Positions 31,568-40,402 of a stretch of DNA of 64,000 nucleotides are shown piece after piece. The notes under the pieces are model-generated. The model was given only the letters and a program-made list of their open reading frames with translations, did no database searches and had not been told where the DNA came from. Made by a program: the position numbers and the translations under genes. The stretch's first letter is position 1, and the number at the start of each line of letters is the position of its first letter. The DNA is taken from positions 2,410-66,409 of the forward strand of contig CAVXYG010000001.1 of the NCBI GenBank assembly GCA_963766005.1. Reading direction: 5' to 3'. The stretch is from an uncultured Actinomycetota bacterium. GTDB taxonomy: Bacteria > Actinomycetota > Actinomycetes > S36-B12 > GCA-2699445.

Positions 31568-32299
31568 TCAGCGCACCTCGGTGATCCGGTCCTTCGGGTC
31601 CACCTGGTCCAGACCGGGGGCCGCGGGTGCCGCCGTCGGCGCGCTGATCGCCTGCTCCGGCGGGCGCAGCGCCAGCATCGCCCCCGCCGGCATCGCTTCG
31701 TCGCCGCGATTGACGACCACGGCGCCCAGCACCTCCTCCAGCGGCTCCCAGCGGTCCTCGGCCCGCGACTCCGTGGTGAAGACCGCGTGCAGGAGCCACC
31801 GGGGCCCCTCGACACCGACGAAGCGGACGTAGCGCGTCGGGCCCGGCGAACCGTCCTGCTTCTGCACGCGCAGCTGTGCGTGCAGCTCCGGGCCGTAGAC
31901 GCCGGATACCTCCTCGACAATGCCGCCCTGCGCCGCCACCTGCTCGAGAATCGACGCGCGATTCTCGTCCCACATCCCGCCGCTACGGGGCGCGGCGAAG
32001 GCGCGCAGCTGCACCGAGGCGCCGTCGCGGAGCACGGTGACCGCGATGATCCGCTTGGTCTTCGGCTCCGCGTCCAAACGAATGGAGACGCCGGGGATGG
32101 GACGCAGCAGCAGCCCCCCGAGGTCCAGATATCCCGACGTGTCCTCGACCTCGCTGCTATCGAGGGGGGCATGCGCGGGCTGGTCCGGGGCCGCGTCGGC
32201 AGCCTCGTCGACTGCCTCGGCATCGGCGGTCTGCGCCGCGGCATCCTCGTTGTCGGCGGCGGCGTCCTCGGCGCGCGCACGACCCTTCTTCCTGAACAC
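31568..32299 (-). CDS. DUF3710 domain protein
   Basis: Track ORF contains LRAFAAPRSGGMWDE...RFVGVEGPRWLLHAVF. It lies immediately upstream of dut, as in other actinobacteria. Confidence 0.8.
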   Translation of the reverse strand: MFRKKGRARAEDAAADNEDAAAQTADAEAVDEAADAAPDQPAHAPLDSSEVEDTSGYLDLGGLLLRPIPGVSIRLDAEPKTKRIIAVTVLRDGASVQLRAFAAPRSGGMWDENRASILEQVAAQGGIVEEVSGVYGPELHAQLRVQKQDGSPGPTRYVRFVGVEGPRWLLHAVFTTESRAEDRWEPLEEVLGAVVVNRGDEAMPAGAMLALRPPEQAISAPTAAPAAPGLDQVDPKDRITEVR

Positions 32300-32300
32300 T

Positions 32301-32762
32301 TCAGGCCTCCTTCATCGGGGCAGTCCCCGTCGAGCCGAACCCGCCGTCGCCCCGGTGCGATCCCGGGAGCCGCCGCACCTCATGCAACACGACCTCGGGC
32401 ACCTGTTGCACGACCAACTGGGCGATGCGGTCGCCCCGGCGCAGCGAGATGGGCCGCAGCGGGTCGGCGTTCATGAGCAGCACCGTGACCTCGCCCCGGT
32501 AGCCGGCGTCGATGGTGCCGGGAGCGTTGACCATCGTCAACCCGTGTCGCAGCGCCAGTCCGCTGCGGGGGTGCACGAAGGCGGCGTACCCGGGCGGCAG
32601 GGCCAGCCCGATCCCGGTGCCGACAGCGGCCCGCTCGCCCGGCGCGAGGACGATATCGACGGTGCTGACCAGGTCGAGCCCGGCGTCCCCCGGGTGGGCG
32701 CGACGGGGCAACGGCAGCGCCGGGTCCAACCGCACGATGAGCACATCCACGGAGTCGGTCAT
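32301..32762 (-). CDS. dut: dUTP diphosphatase
   Basis: Uses the internal ATG at 32762 of track ORF 32301..33224. Motifs [26 protein letters not shown] and GFGSTG are present. Confidence 0.92.
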   Translation of the reverse strand: MTDSVDVLIVRLDPALPLPRRAHPGDAGLDLVSTVDIVLAPGERAAVGTGIGLALPPGYAAFVHPRSGLALRHGLTMVNAPGTIDAGYRGEVTVLLMNADPLRPISLRRGDRIAQLVVQQVPEVVLHEVRRLPGSHRGDGGFGSTGTAPMKEA

Positions 32763-33346
32763 GGATTGATCTCCAGCCAGGGCCGGCGCGGTGAGGTGTC
32801 GTCCTGCGCCGCCCGCGCGACGTCGTCCCGCCTGCCGTTGTCCGCGAAGTGCGCCAGCGGCACCTGCAGGAACAGCCCTCTGGCGTGCAGGACCGGCCGG
32901 CCGTCCACACGGCCGTCGGCGATGCTGTAGACCTTGCGCCCCGACTGGCCCGCGATCGCCGCGGTCAGCTCCACCGTGGCGCCGACCGGAACCGGCCTGA
33001 CGAAGTCCACCTCCAGCCGCGCGGTGACCGCAGGCTCCATCAGCAGCCAGTTGAGCGCCCCCATGACTTCGTCGACCGCGGAGGCCAGGACGCCTCCATG
33101 GGCGAGGCCGGGGGCGCCTTGGTGGAACTCGCCGACGGCGAAGGTGCCGGCGACCGACAGCCCGGGGCCTGCGCTCACGCGCAACTGCAGTCCGCTGTCG
33201 TGATCGGACCCGCAGCCGAAGCACAGCCGGTAGTGGCTGGGGATCACGGTGCCGGGAGCCAGGGCAGCGTCGTCGCGGCGCGGCACGACCGCATCGTCCG
33301 GCGGCATCGTGGCGTCGCTGCCTCGCGCTGCGATGATGGAGTCCAT
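32759..33346 (-). CDS. PaaI-family (hotdog-fold) thioesterase
   Basis: Uses the internal ATG at 33346 of track ORF 32759..33943. Contains CFGCG...[20 protein letters not shown]. An ATGA overlap links it to dut. Confidence 0.75.
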   Translation of the reverse strand: MDSIIAARGSDATMPPDDAVVPRRDDAALAPGTVIPSHYRLCFGCGSDHDSGLQLRVSAGPGLSVAGTFAVGEFHQGAPGLAHGGVLASAVDEVMGALNWLLMEPAVTARLEVDFVRPVPVGATVELTAAIAGQSGRKVYSIADGRVDGRPVLHARGLFLQVPLAHFADNGRRDDVARAAQDDTSPRRPWLEINP

Positions 33347-33397
33347 ACCCACGACAGTAGCGACGCCGACTGCAGCGGCCCGCAGGGAGGAACCAGG

Positions 33398-33883
33398 ATG
33401 ACCGGTGGTGTGCCCGCGGCCCTGCCCTATCGCGAGGTGCTGCTGCCGCGGCCCTGGGTATGGCTGATGCCCATCGGCTTCGCGGCGTTCCTCGGCGTTG
33501 CCTACGGATACGCCTACGGCTCGGCCGCGGGCTGGCTGGTCGGGCTCGCGACCGCTTCCGCGCTCCTGGCCTGGCTCGCGCTCGGCACCCGCACCAGTGT
33601 GGCAGTCGACGCCGGGACCGTTCGTGCGGACCGCGCGCAGCTCCCGGCCCGGTACATCGGACGGGTGCGCCCGCTGGACCCGCAGGCCACGTTCCGGGCC
33701 CGCACGGCGGCGGCGGACCCCCGCGCCTTCCTCATGCTCAGGCCATGGGCCAGCGCATCCTCGGTCGTCATGGAGGTCACCGACCCGGCCGACCCGCATC
33801 CCTACTGGCTCATCTCCACGCGTCGGCCGCAACGCCTCGCCGATGCACTCGTGGCAGCCCGGGCAGGGGCATCGGCAGGCTAG
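33398..33883 (+). CDS. DUF3093 domain membrane protein
   Basis: ATG at 33398 follows GGGAGG. Sequence [24 protein letters not shown]...; it is the tail of track ORF 32849..33883. Confidence 0.75.
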   Translation: MTGGVPAALPYREVLLPRPWVWLMPIGFAAFLGVAYGYAYGSAAGWLVGLATASALLAWLALGTRTSVAVDAGTVRADRAQLPARYIGRVRPLDPQATFRARTAAADPRAFLMLRPWASASSVVMEVTDPADPHPYWLISTRRPQRLADALVAARAGASAG

Positions 33884-33891
33884 ATTGGCCG

Positions 33892-34176
33892 ATGACCCGA
33901 GGAGGAGCGTTGGACAGGAACGACATGCTGCGGCTAGGTGCATCGGTCGCAGCCGCAGGGACCGTGTACGTCGCCACGAAGGCGTTGCGTGCGGGCTACT
34001 CCAAGGCGACGGGGAGCACGCCGCCCACGCCGGACGACCTCACCGCGTCGACCACCCGAGTGGTGGTCTTCGCCATCGCAACAGCAGCGTTGACCGCCAT
34101 CATCCAAGTCAGCGTGCAACGTGGCGTTGCGCGGGCGATCAGCAAGTCGGAGCCGCAGGAGCCGGTCGCGGTCTGA
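33892..34176 (+). CDS. DUF4235 domain protein
   Basis: Tail of track ORF 33460..34176: ...GTVYVATKALRAGYSKATGSTPPTPDD...AIIQVSVQRGVA. The start may instead be the ATG at 33925. Confidence 0.65.
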   Translation: MTRGGALDRNDMLRLGASVAAAGTVYVATKALRAGYSKATGSTPPTPDDLTASTTRVVVFAIATAALTAIIQVSVQRGVARAISKSEPQEPVAV

Positions 34177-34198
34177 CTCGTCGCCCGGACGGTCTGCT

Positions 34199-34225
34199 CC
34201 GCGGCACCGCGGTCGGGTGCCGCGG
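34199..34225 (+). terminator. Hairpin downstream of the DUF4235 gene
   Basis: Perfect 10-bp stem CCGCGGCACC / GGTGCCGCGG with a 7-nt loop. There is no U-tract. Confidence 0.35.
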
Positions 34226-34503
34226 CCCGCGGGCTGCTCGGCGTTGGTGACACGCGCTGGCGGCGTTGCGAGAGCGCCTCCGCCTGCGCCGAGCGTGGCC
34301 GACGGCAGCCGTTTCGGTCGCGGATCTCGAGATTGCCGGCTGCAGTCTCACCGTCCATCACCCACGGCGACTCGCTGCGGCACCAGGAATCTCGCGGCAG
34401 CAGCAGCCCGCGATCTGCTCGCGGCCACGTCGACCCGGGAGCAAGGACAACGAGGCTTGGAACGATCACCCCGCCAATTCCGGCGCCTTAGCGACCTGCC
34501 GTG

Positions 34504-34803
34504 TCAGTCGGCGCAGTCGCGGCAGACCTCGTGACCGGGTCCCCCGGAGACGTACTGGCTACGGTGGTGGACGAGGAAGCAGACCGAACACGTGAACTCG
34601 TCCTGCTGCTTCGGCAGCACGCGGACGCTGAGGCTCTCCTTGGAGAGGTCTGCGCCGGGCAATTCCAGGTTCTCGGCGAGGTCGGACTCGTCGATATCGA
34701 CGGCACCGGCGGCCGTTTCGGCTCGGCGCGCCTTCAGTTCCTCCAGGCTGTCGGTGGCGAGGTCCTCGTCCTTGTTGCGCGGTGCGTCGTAGTCGGTTGC
34801 CAT
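34504..34803 (-). CDS. DUF4193 domain protein
   Basis: Uses the internal ATG at 34803 of track ORF 34504..34854. Sequence MATDYDAPRNKDEDLATDSLEELKARR...DEFTCSVCFLVHHRSQ...CRDCAD. Confidence 0.85.
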   Translation of the reverse strand: MATDYDAPRNKDEDLATDSLEELKARRAETAAGAVDIDESDLAENLELPGADLSKESLSVRVLPKQQDEFTCSVCFLVHHRSQYVSGGPGHEVCRDCAD

Positions 34804-35022
34804 TCGTCCTTCTCCACCTCGTCGCGAGTGCGCGCTGCAAGATTGCGGCCTCAAACGTCAGTCCTAGCGCCGCGATTGTGCCTCAATTCGGCACTGTCTA
34901 CCAACGGGAACCGCCTGGAAGTCTGCCCAATCCGCTGTGAGTTTGCTGACAGCGGATTTCCGCACGGCCGCAGGGACCGTCAACGGATAGCATCGCGGCA
35001 GCCAAACCGACCAGGAGCGCCC

Positions 35023-35541
35023 ATGCCGCTGTACGCCATCGGAGATCGCCGGCCCAGCATCGACCCCGCCGCGTTCGTGCACCCCGACGCCGTCATCATC
35101 GGCGACGTCACCGTCGGTCCGGAATCCACGATCTGGCCGGGTGCCGTGCTGCGCGGCGATCACGGCAGCATTCGGGTGGGCGCCCGGACCTCGGTCCAGG
35201 ACGGCGCGGTCGTGCACTGCACTGCCGCCCACGACACCGTGATCGGCGACAACTGCACGATCGGCCATCGGGCGCACCTGGAGGGGTGCACTGTCGAGGA
35301 CGAGTGCCTGATCGGATCGGGCAGCGTCGTGCTGCACCGCGTCGTCGTGCACCGCGGTGCCCTGGTCGGCGCCCAGGCGCTGGTGACCAACGATACCGAC
35401 GTGCCATCGCGGGCGATGGCCCTCGGCGTGCCGGCCAGGATCCGCCCCGACGCAGTCCCCGAGGGCGAGACGCTGCGGGCAGCCGAGGTCTACGTCCGCA
35501 ACGCCCACTGGTACAACGCTGAGTTGCGCCGCCTGGACTGA
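35023..35541 (+). CDS. Gamma-class carbonic anhydrase family (hexapeptide-repeat) protein
   Basis: ATG at 35023 follows AGGAG. It is the tail of track ORF 34501..35541 and has left-handed beta-helix repeats (IGDNCTIGHRAHLEGCTVEDECLIGSGS). Confidence 0.85.
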   Translation: MPLYAIGDRRPSIDPAAFVHPDAVIIGDVTVGPESTIWPGAVLRGDHGSIRVGARTSVQDGAVVHCTAAHDTVIGDNCTIGHRAHLEGCTVEDECLIGSGSVVLHRVVVHRGALVGAQALVTNDTDVPSRAMALGVPARIRPDAVPEGETLRAAEVYVRNAHWYNAELRRLD

Positions 35542-35548
35542 CCGGTCG

Positions 35549-36358
35549 TCAGGCGCCCTCGTGCGCGCCCGCGGCCACGAGCAGCTCCCGCAGCTGCGGG
35601 TGCACGCCGGGGGCCGAGCCGACCAGCAGGTGGCCGTCTGGCTCCGGAGCGGTCGCCCCGGTCACGATCGCACCGGCTTCCCGGGCGATCAGGGTGCCGG
35701 CCGCCGCGTCCCACGGCTGCAGGCCGCGCTCGAAATAGGCGTCGTAGCGGCCGTCGGCGAGCCAGCACAGGTCCAGCGCTGCCGCGCCGCAGCGGCGGAC
35801 ATCGCGCACCTCGCCGATGATCCGGGCCAGCGCCGCGCCCTGGTCGAGGCGTCGGTCGCGCCGGTAGCCGAAGCCCGTGGCCACCAGCGCCGAGCCGACC
35901 GATTCGCACCTCCGTACCGCCAGACCGCGGCGGCCGCCGCGCGACAGCGCCCATGCGCCGCCGCCCCGGGCCGCGGCGTACGTCACGCCAAGAGCCGGGA
36001 CCGCTACCGCGCCCGCCGCTGCCCCGTCCGGGCCTGTCGCGGCAACGGACACCGCCCACAGGGGCATGCCGTACAGGTAGTTCACCGTCCCGTCGAGCGG
36101 GTCGATCACCCAGCGCACGCCGGAGGACCCGGGCCGCTCCCCTCCCTCCTCGCCGAGGATCGCGTCATGGGGGCGGTGCCGCAGCAGGTGCTCGACGATG
36201 GCCTGCTCGCTGGCGGTGTCCATCTGCGTGACCACATCGGTCGGGGAGCTCTTCGCATCGACCTGCCGTGCCCCCGGCTGGCCCGCCAGGAGCAGTTGTC
36301 CGCCGAGATCCGCGGCCGCGATGGCGAGGGAGAGGAGATCCTCGGGCTGTGCGCTCAT
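35549..36358 (-). CDS. Inositol monophosphatase family protein
   Basis: Track ORF has ILGEEGG, WVIDPLDGT and a WDAAAG-type motif (PWDAAAGTLI). Confidence 0.85.
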   Translation of the reverse strand: MSAQPEDLLSLAIAAADLGGQLLLAGQPGARQVDAKSSPTDVVTQMDTASEQAIVEHLLRHRPHDAILGEEGGERPGSSGVRWVIDPLDGTVNYLYGMPLWAVSVAATGPDGAAAGAVAVPALGVTYAAARGGGAWALSRGGRRGLAVRRCESVGSALVATGFGYRRDRRLDQGAALARIIGEVRDVRRCGAAALDLCWLADGRYDAYFERGLQPWDAAAGTLIAREAGAIVTGATAPEPDGHLLVGSAPGVHPQLRELLVAAGAHEGA

Positions 36359-37392
36359 CGGTCCATCGTGCCCGACTTCCCGCGCGGAGCCACCGGCAAG
36401 CAGCAGTCCACCGGGCAGCGCGGCAGCGGCCCGCGCTCGCGGAACGACGGGAACGGCTCGCCATCGGCGTACTCGGCGACCAGATCGGTCAGCACCTCCA
36501 GGAACCGGTCGTCGGTGCCCACCGTGGGCGTCCGGACGACGGCCAGGCCCAGGTCGCGGCCGTCAGCCACAGCCACCGTGTCGAGGTCCCACAGCACCTC
36601 GATGTGATCCGACACGAAGCCCAGCGGCACGAGTACCACGCCGGTGAAGCCGTCCTCGTGGGCGGTTGCGAGGCGGTCGGAGACGTCCGGCTCCAGCCAC
36701 GGCTGGTGCGGCGGCCCCGAGCGTGACTGGTAGCACAGGTCCCAGGCCAGGCCGTCCGGCAGCGTCGCCATCACCGCCGAGGCCAGCTGCAGGTGCTGGG
36801 CGACGTAGGCACCGGTCCCGCCCGGTCCCGCAGCGCGGGCGGCGGCCTCCGGGATCGAGTGGGTCGAGAACAGCACGAGCACGCGCTCCTGATCGGCCAG
36901 CCGCGCCAGCCCGGACCGCACGCTGTCGGCCCAGATGTCGAGCATGAGCGGGTGGTCGAAGAACGGGTGCGCCTTCACCACCTCGGGCCCGCCGCCCACC
37001 TCTTCGGCAGCCGCCGCGATGTCCTGCCGATACTGACGGCAGCCGGAGAAGGAACTGAAGGCGGAGGTCACGACGGACACCGCGGAGCGCACGCCGTCGG
37101 CCTCCATCTCGCGCAGCGCGTCGGCGATGAACGGCCGGCTGTTCCGGTTGCCCCAGTACAGCGACAGGTCAGGCCAGCGCTGCCGCAGCACCGGCTCCCA
37201 ACGGCGCAGGAGTTGACGGTGGAACTCGTTGATGGGCGACACGCCCCCGAAATGGTCGTAGTGGCGACCCACCTCGACCAGCCGCTCGTCGGGGATGTGC
37301 TTGCCTGCCGTGACGCGGCGCAGGAACGGCAGCACCTCATCGGGCCCCTCGGGACCGCCGAATCCGATGAGCAGCACAGCGTGATTCGTCAT
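36355..37392 (-). CDS. hemH: Ferrochelatase (actinobacterial type with a C-terminal Cys cluster)
   Basis: Uses the internal ATG at 37392 of track ORF 36355..37557. Contains LLIGFGGPEGP, STHSIP and C-terminal CPVDCC. Confidence 0.85.
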   Translation of the reverse strand: MTNHAVLLIGFGGPEGPDEVLPFLRRVTAGKHIPDERLVEVGRHYDHFGGVSPINEFHRQLLRRWEPVLRQRWPDLSLYWGNRNSRPFIADALREMEADGVRSAVSVVTSAFSSFSGCRQYRQDIAAAAEEVGGGPEVVKAHPFFDHPLMLDIWADSVRSGLARLADQERVLVLFSTHSIPEAAARAAGPGGTGAYVAQHLQLASAVMATLPDGLAWDLCYQSRSGPPHQPWLEPDVSDRLATAHEDGFTGVVLVPLGFVSDHIEVLWDLDTVAVADGRDLGLAVVRTPTVGTDDRFLEVLTDLVAEYADGEPFPSFRERGPLPRCPVDCCLPVAPRGKSGTMDR

Positions 37393-37625
37393 GATCCGAT
37401 AGTGCGCCCTGCCCCGACCCGCCGCCGCTTCGGGCGCTGTTGCCGCAGGGATCGGCGGCGGCGCCGAGCGAACCCTTTCGCCGCCGCTGCCGCCGAGGCG
37501 GCGATCGGCAACGGCGGCCGCGCCGCGATGTCGCCGACGAGCCGCTGTGGTGTGCAAAGATGGGCGGGCTGCCGGCCGATGCGCGAAGGGGTCGCCGGCG
37601 GGGGCGAGGTGTTCGGAGGGGCGCG

Positions 37626-38534
37626 ATGCAGGAGTTGACGTTCGTAGGCCTGGCGGAGGACGGATCCCGGCTGCTACTGGCGCTGCCCGACGGCCGACGA
37701 TTCGCGCTGCCGATCGACGAGCGGCTGCGGGCCGCGACGCGCGGGGTCGCCCGTCCGGGACAGATGAGGATGCCCACCGAGGTGATGCGTCCCAAGGACC
37801 TCCAGGCCCGGCTGCGGGCGGGAGCCACGACGGAGGAAGTCGCCGAGTCCTCGGGGTGGCCGCTGGACCGTGTCGAGGCGTTCGCGGTCCCGGTCATGCA
37901 GGAGCGCAGTTTCGTCGCCCAGCGCGCCCGAGCGTCATTGATCCGCTATCAGGACGGCGAGCTGCCGCTGGAGGGCGTCGTCGCCCATCGGCTCGCCGAG
38001 CGCGGCATCGCTGCCGACGACTTCCGCTGGGACGCCTGGCGCGGCGAGGACGGCCGCTGGACCCTGCTGCTGGCCTATCCGGCCGGTCGCGGAGATCAAG
38101 TGGCCACGTGGCTGTTCGATCTGGAATCGCGCACGCTGCAGCCGGTGGACGAGGAGGCGGCATGGCTGACCGAGTACCACGCGGATCCGGCAGGTGCCGT
38201 CCCCGCGACGCCCCACGCGGACCCCGACGAGCCCGGAGCACTCATCGTCAACCTGCCGCCGGCCAAGGACCGGGCGTCAGAAGGGGACAGCAGCCGTCAC
38301 CCTGCCCTGCGGCGCCAGTCCGGGCCGCGAACGGCCTCGCCGGCGTCGGCCTCGGCCGAGCCGCCGAGCCCGACGCAGGACGAGGCACCCGGGCACGACG
38401 CCGAGCGCGCACCTGAGGATCCGGCGCGGGACACGGCCGAGGCAGCGCAGGAGCGCTCCCGCGGCAAACGGGCGACGGTGCCGAGCTGGGACGAGATCCT
38501 CTTCGGCGGCTCTTCCGAGGACGACAGTTCCTAG
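37626..38534 (+). CDS. sepH: Septation protein SepH (DUF3071 N-domain, disordered C-terminus)
   Basis: Uses the ATG at 37626 inside track ORF 37440..38534. Sequence MQELTFVGLAEDGSRLLLALPDGRRFALPIDERLRAATRG..., with C-terminal KRATVPSWDEILFG. Confidence 0.8.
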   Translation: MQELTFVGLAEDGSRLLLALPDGRRFALPIDERLRAATRGVARPGQMRMPTEVMRPKDLQARLRAGATTEEVAESSGWPLDRVEAFAVPVMQERSFVAQRARASLIRYQDGELPLEGVVAHRLAERGIAADDFRWDAWRGEDGRWTLLLAYPAGRGDQVATWLFDLESRTLQPVDEEAAWLTEYHADPAGAVPATPHADPDEPGALIVNLPPAKDRASEGDSSRHPALRRQSGPRTASPASASAEPPSPTQDEAPGHDAERAPEDPARDTAEAAQERSRGKRATVPSWDEILFGGSSEDDSS

Positions 38535-38629
38535 CACGACCGGCGTCATCGGGGCCGTGATGGCCGGAGCCCGACCGGGCATCACGCGCAGCCCGGCGCC
38601 CGTCGCTGCCACGGCTATCCCGCAGCCGC

Positions 38630-39769
38630 CTATCCCGCCATCCATGCCAGCAGCGGCACGCGACGCTCGACGTCGGTGAGCCCGCCGTGCTGTCCACGCA
38701 GCCCGGAGACGATGGAATCGAAGTGCTCGCTGACCAGGGCCACGTTGGCGACGGGCAGGGCCAGCACGTCGCCGATGCGCTCCTCGATACCCGGGGCCAC
38801 CTCGCCGAACAGGCCCGCGGCCAGCGCGGCGTCGCGCGTGAGGACGACTGCGGCAGACCCCAGGGCATCCCGCCACCGCAGCGCGATCTCGTGGGGGTCC
38901 GCCGTCGGCTTGGCGTAGAGGTGCCGCATCCGGGGCTCGCCGGCCATCCGACGGAGCCCATCGCTGAACGGATGCCCGTCCACGCAGATCCGAGCGCTAT
39001 CCGGGCAGTTGACCATGCCGTGGTCGCCGGTCACCAGGAGCAGCGTCCGCGGCGGCAGCCGATCCGCGAGCTGCCGGACGGCGAGATCGGTGTACTGCAG
39101 GTCCAGCCTCCACTGCGGCGAGCCCGCGCCGTGGATGTGCCCCGACTTGTCGACGGTCGGGAAGTAGCCGTAGACCAGGGCCGGCGCAGGGTCGGCGGCC
39201 GCGGCGGCAAGGGCGACCACCGCCTCACCCGGCGAATCCGCGCCGACATAGCGGGCGCCGCGCAGCGCTGATCGGGTCAGGCCGCTGCTGGCATAGTCCC
39301 GCGGCGCCACGACAGTGGCAGCGATCCCGATGCTGGCGACCTGCTCGAACACGGTGGGCTCGGGCTGCACCACCTGCGGGCTCGGCCGGTCCCGCCATCC
39401 CAGGGGGAACAGGACGTTGTCGATCTCGGGCAGCCAGAAGGACGCGCCGACGATCCCGTGGCTGCCCGGGGCGAGCCCGGTACCGAGCGAGGTCAGGCTG
39501 GCGGCCGTCGTGCTGGGGAAGGCCGCATCGATCCCCTCGGCCAGCACGTGCTCCATCCGCGACAGGAACGGAGCGGCCTCGTGATGCGCTCCCAGCAGCT
39601 CGTGTCCCAGACCGTCGACGAGCAGGACGACGACACGGTCGGCCGAGGGCATCGGCAGCACCGGCGGCTGTCGTGCCAGGACGGCCGCGGCCGAGGGCAG
39701 CACCTGGGTGAGGCAGGCCGCCGCGTAGTCCGGCGGCGCCCAGGGCAAGTCCGGTGAGCGGGGGTTCAC
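38630..39769 (-). CDS. Alkaline phosphatase / nucleotide pyrophosphatase family protein
   Basis: GTG at 39769 forms a GTGA overlap with the upstream stop, inside track ORF 38630..39970. Motifs LLVDGLG, FPSTTAASLTSLGTG and GDHGM are present. Confidence 0.8.
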   Translation of the reverse strand: MNPRSPDLPWAPPDYAAACLTQVLPSAAAVLARQPPVLPMPSADRVVVLLVDGLGHELLGAHHEAAPFLSRMEHVLAEGIDAAFPSTTAASLTSLGTGLAPGSHGIVGASFWLPEIDNVLFPLGWRDRPSPQVVQPEPTVFEQVASIGIAATVVAPRDYASSGLTRSALRGARYVGADSPGEAVVALAAAAADPAPALVYGYFPTVDKSGHIHGAGSPQWRLDLQYTDLAVRQLADRLPPRTLLLVTGDHGMVNCPDSARICVDGHPFSDGLRRMAGEPRMRHLYAKPTADPHEIALRWRDALGSAAVVLTRDAALAAGLFGEVAPGIEERIGDVLALPVANVALVSEHFDSIVSGLRGQHGGLTDVERRVPLLAWMAG

Positions 39770-40350
39770 TGCAACCCGTGACCGGTCGCCTCGGACAGCG
39801 CCTCGGCGAACTGCAGCGCCTGCGCGACCACGCGCGCTCCGTCTGCGGCCTCGCTCACGCGCAGCGAGAGGTCGTCGTTGGACGCGGCACCGGTATAGCC
39901 GTGGTCGGCATCGCAGTTGGGGTCGCCGCAGGTGGCGGGTTCCAGGTCGATCCGGCTGACCGCGCCCCATCCGATCGTGAGCATCACCTCGCGGGCCGCG
40001 CCGCCGAGCCGGTGCTCTGCCGGGTTCGTCACGACTCGCGTCACCACTACCGACTGCACCTGCTGCAGGCGTACCGCCTCGGTCGAGGTCGTCGCGTACG
40101 GCTCGGTGTACGTCCCATCAGGCGGGTGCTCATCGGTGTGCGAGACGAACAGCCGGCTCGGCGTGAGCACCAGGACCGTCATGTGCCGCCGCAGCTCTTC
40201 GTTGTCGAATGTGGCCTCGTGCTGGACGAGATAGGCCTTGACCGGCTCGCCGCCCAGGGCCGTGGCCATCGCATCGGCGACCAGATCCGGGTAGTACCCG
40301 GTCTTGTCGATATCGCGCCGCAGACGATGCATGAGGGCTGCGTCAGTCAT
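39766..40350 (-). CDS. DUF5998 family protein
   Basis: Uses the internal ATG at 40350 of track ORF 39766..40410. Sequence MTDAALMHRLRRDIDKTGYYPDLVADAM... Confidence 0.75.
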   Translation of the reverse strand: MTDAALMHRLRRDIDKTGYYPDLVADAMATALGGEPVKAYLVQHEATFDNEELRRHMTVLVLTPSRLFVSHTDEHPPDGTYTEPYATTSTEAVRLQQVQSVVVTRVVTNPAEHRLGGAAREVMLTIGWGAVSRIDLEPATCGDPNCDADHGYTGAASNDDLSLRVSEAADGARVVAQALQFAEALSEATGHGLQ

Positions 40351-40402
40351 ACCGGTAGTCTCCCATTCCCGCGGCCCTGGTCGGTCGCGGGCGCGGCGGA
40401 AC

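Noticed and set aside
34226-34503. Possible small gene or sRNA in the ~330-bp gap (34177..34503) between the DUF4235 and DUF4193 genes
   Set aside because: The track ORFs here (34121..34534, 33996..34469, 34266..34595) have poor composition and no RBS. Apart from the hairpin at 34199..34225, I could not define a conserved-looking structure. I left it unannotated.
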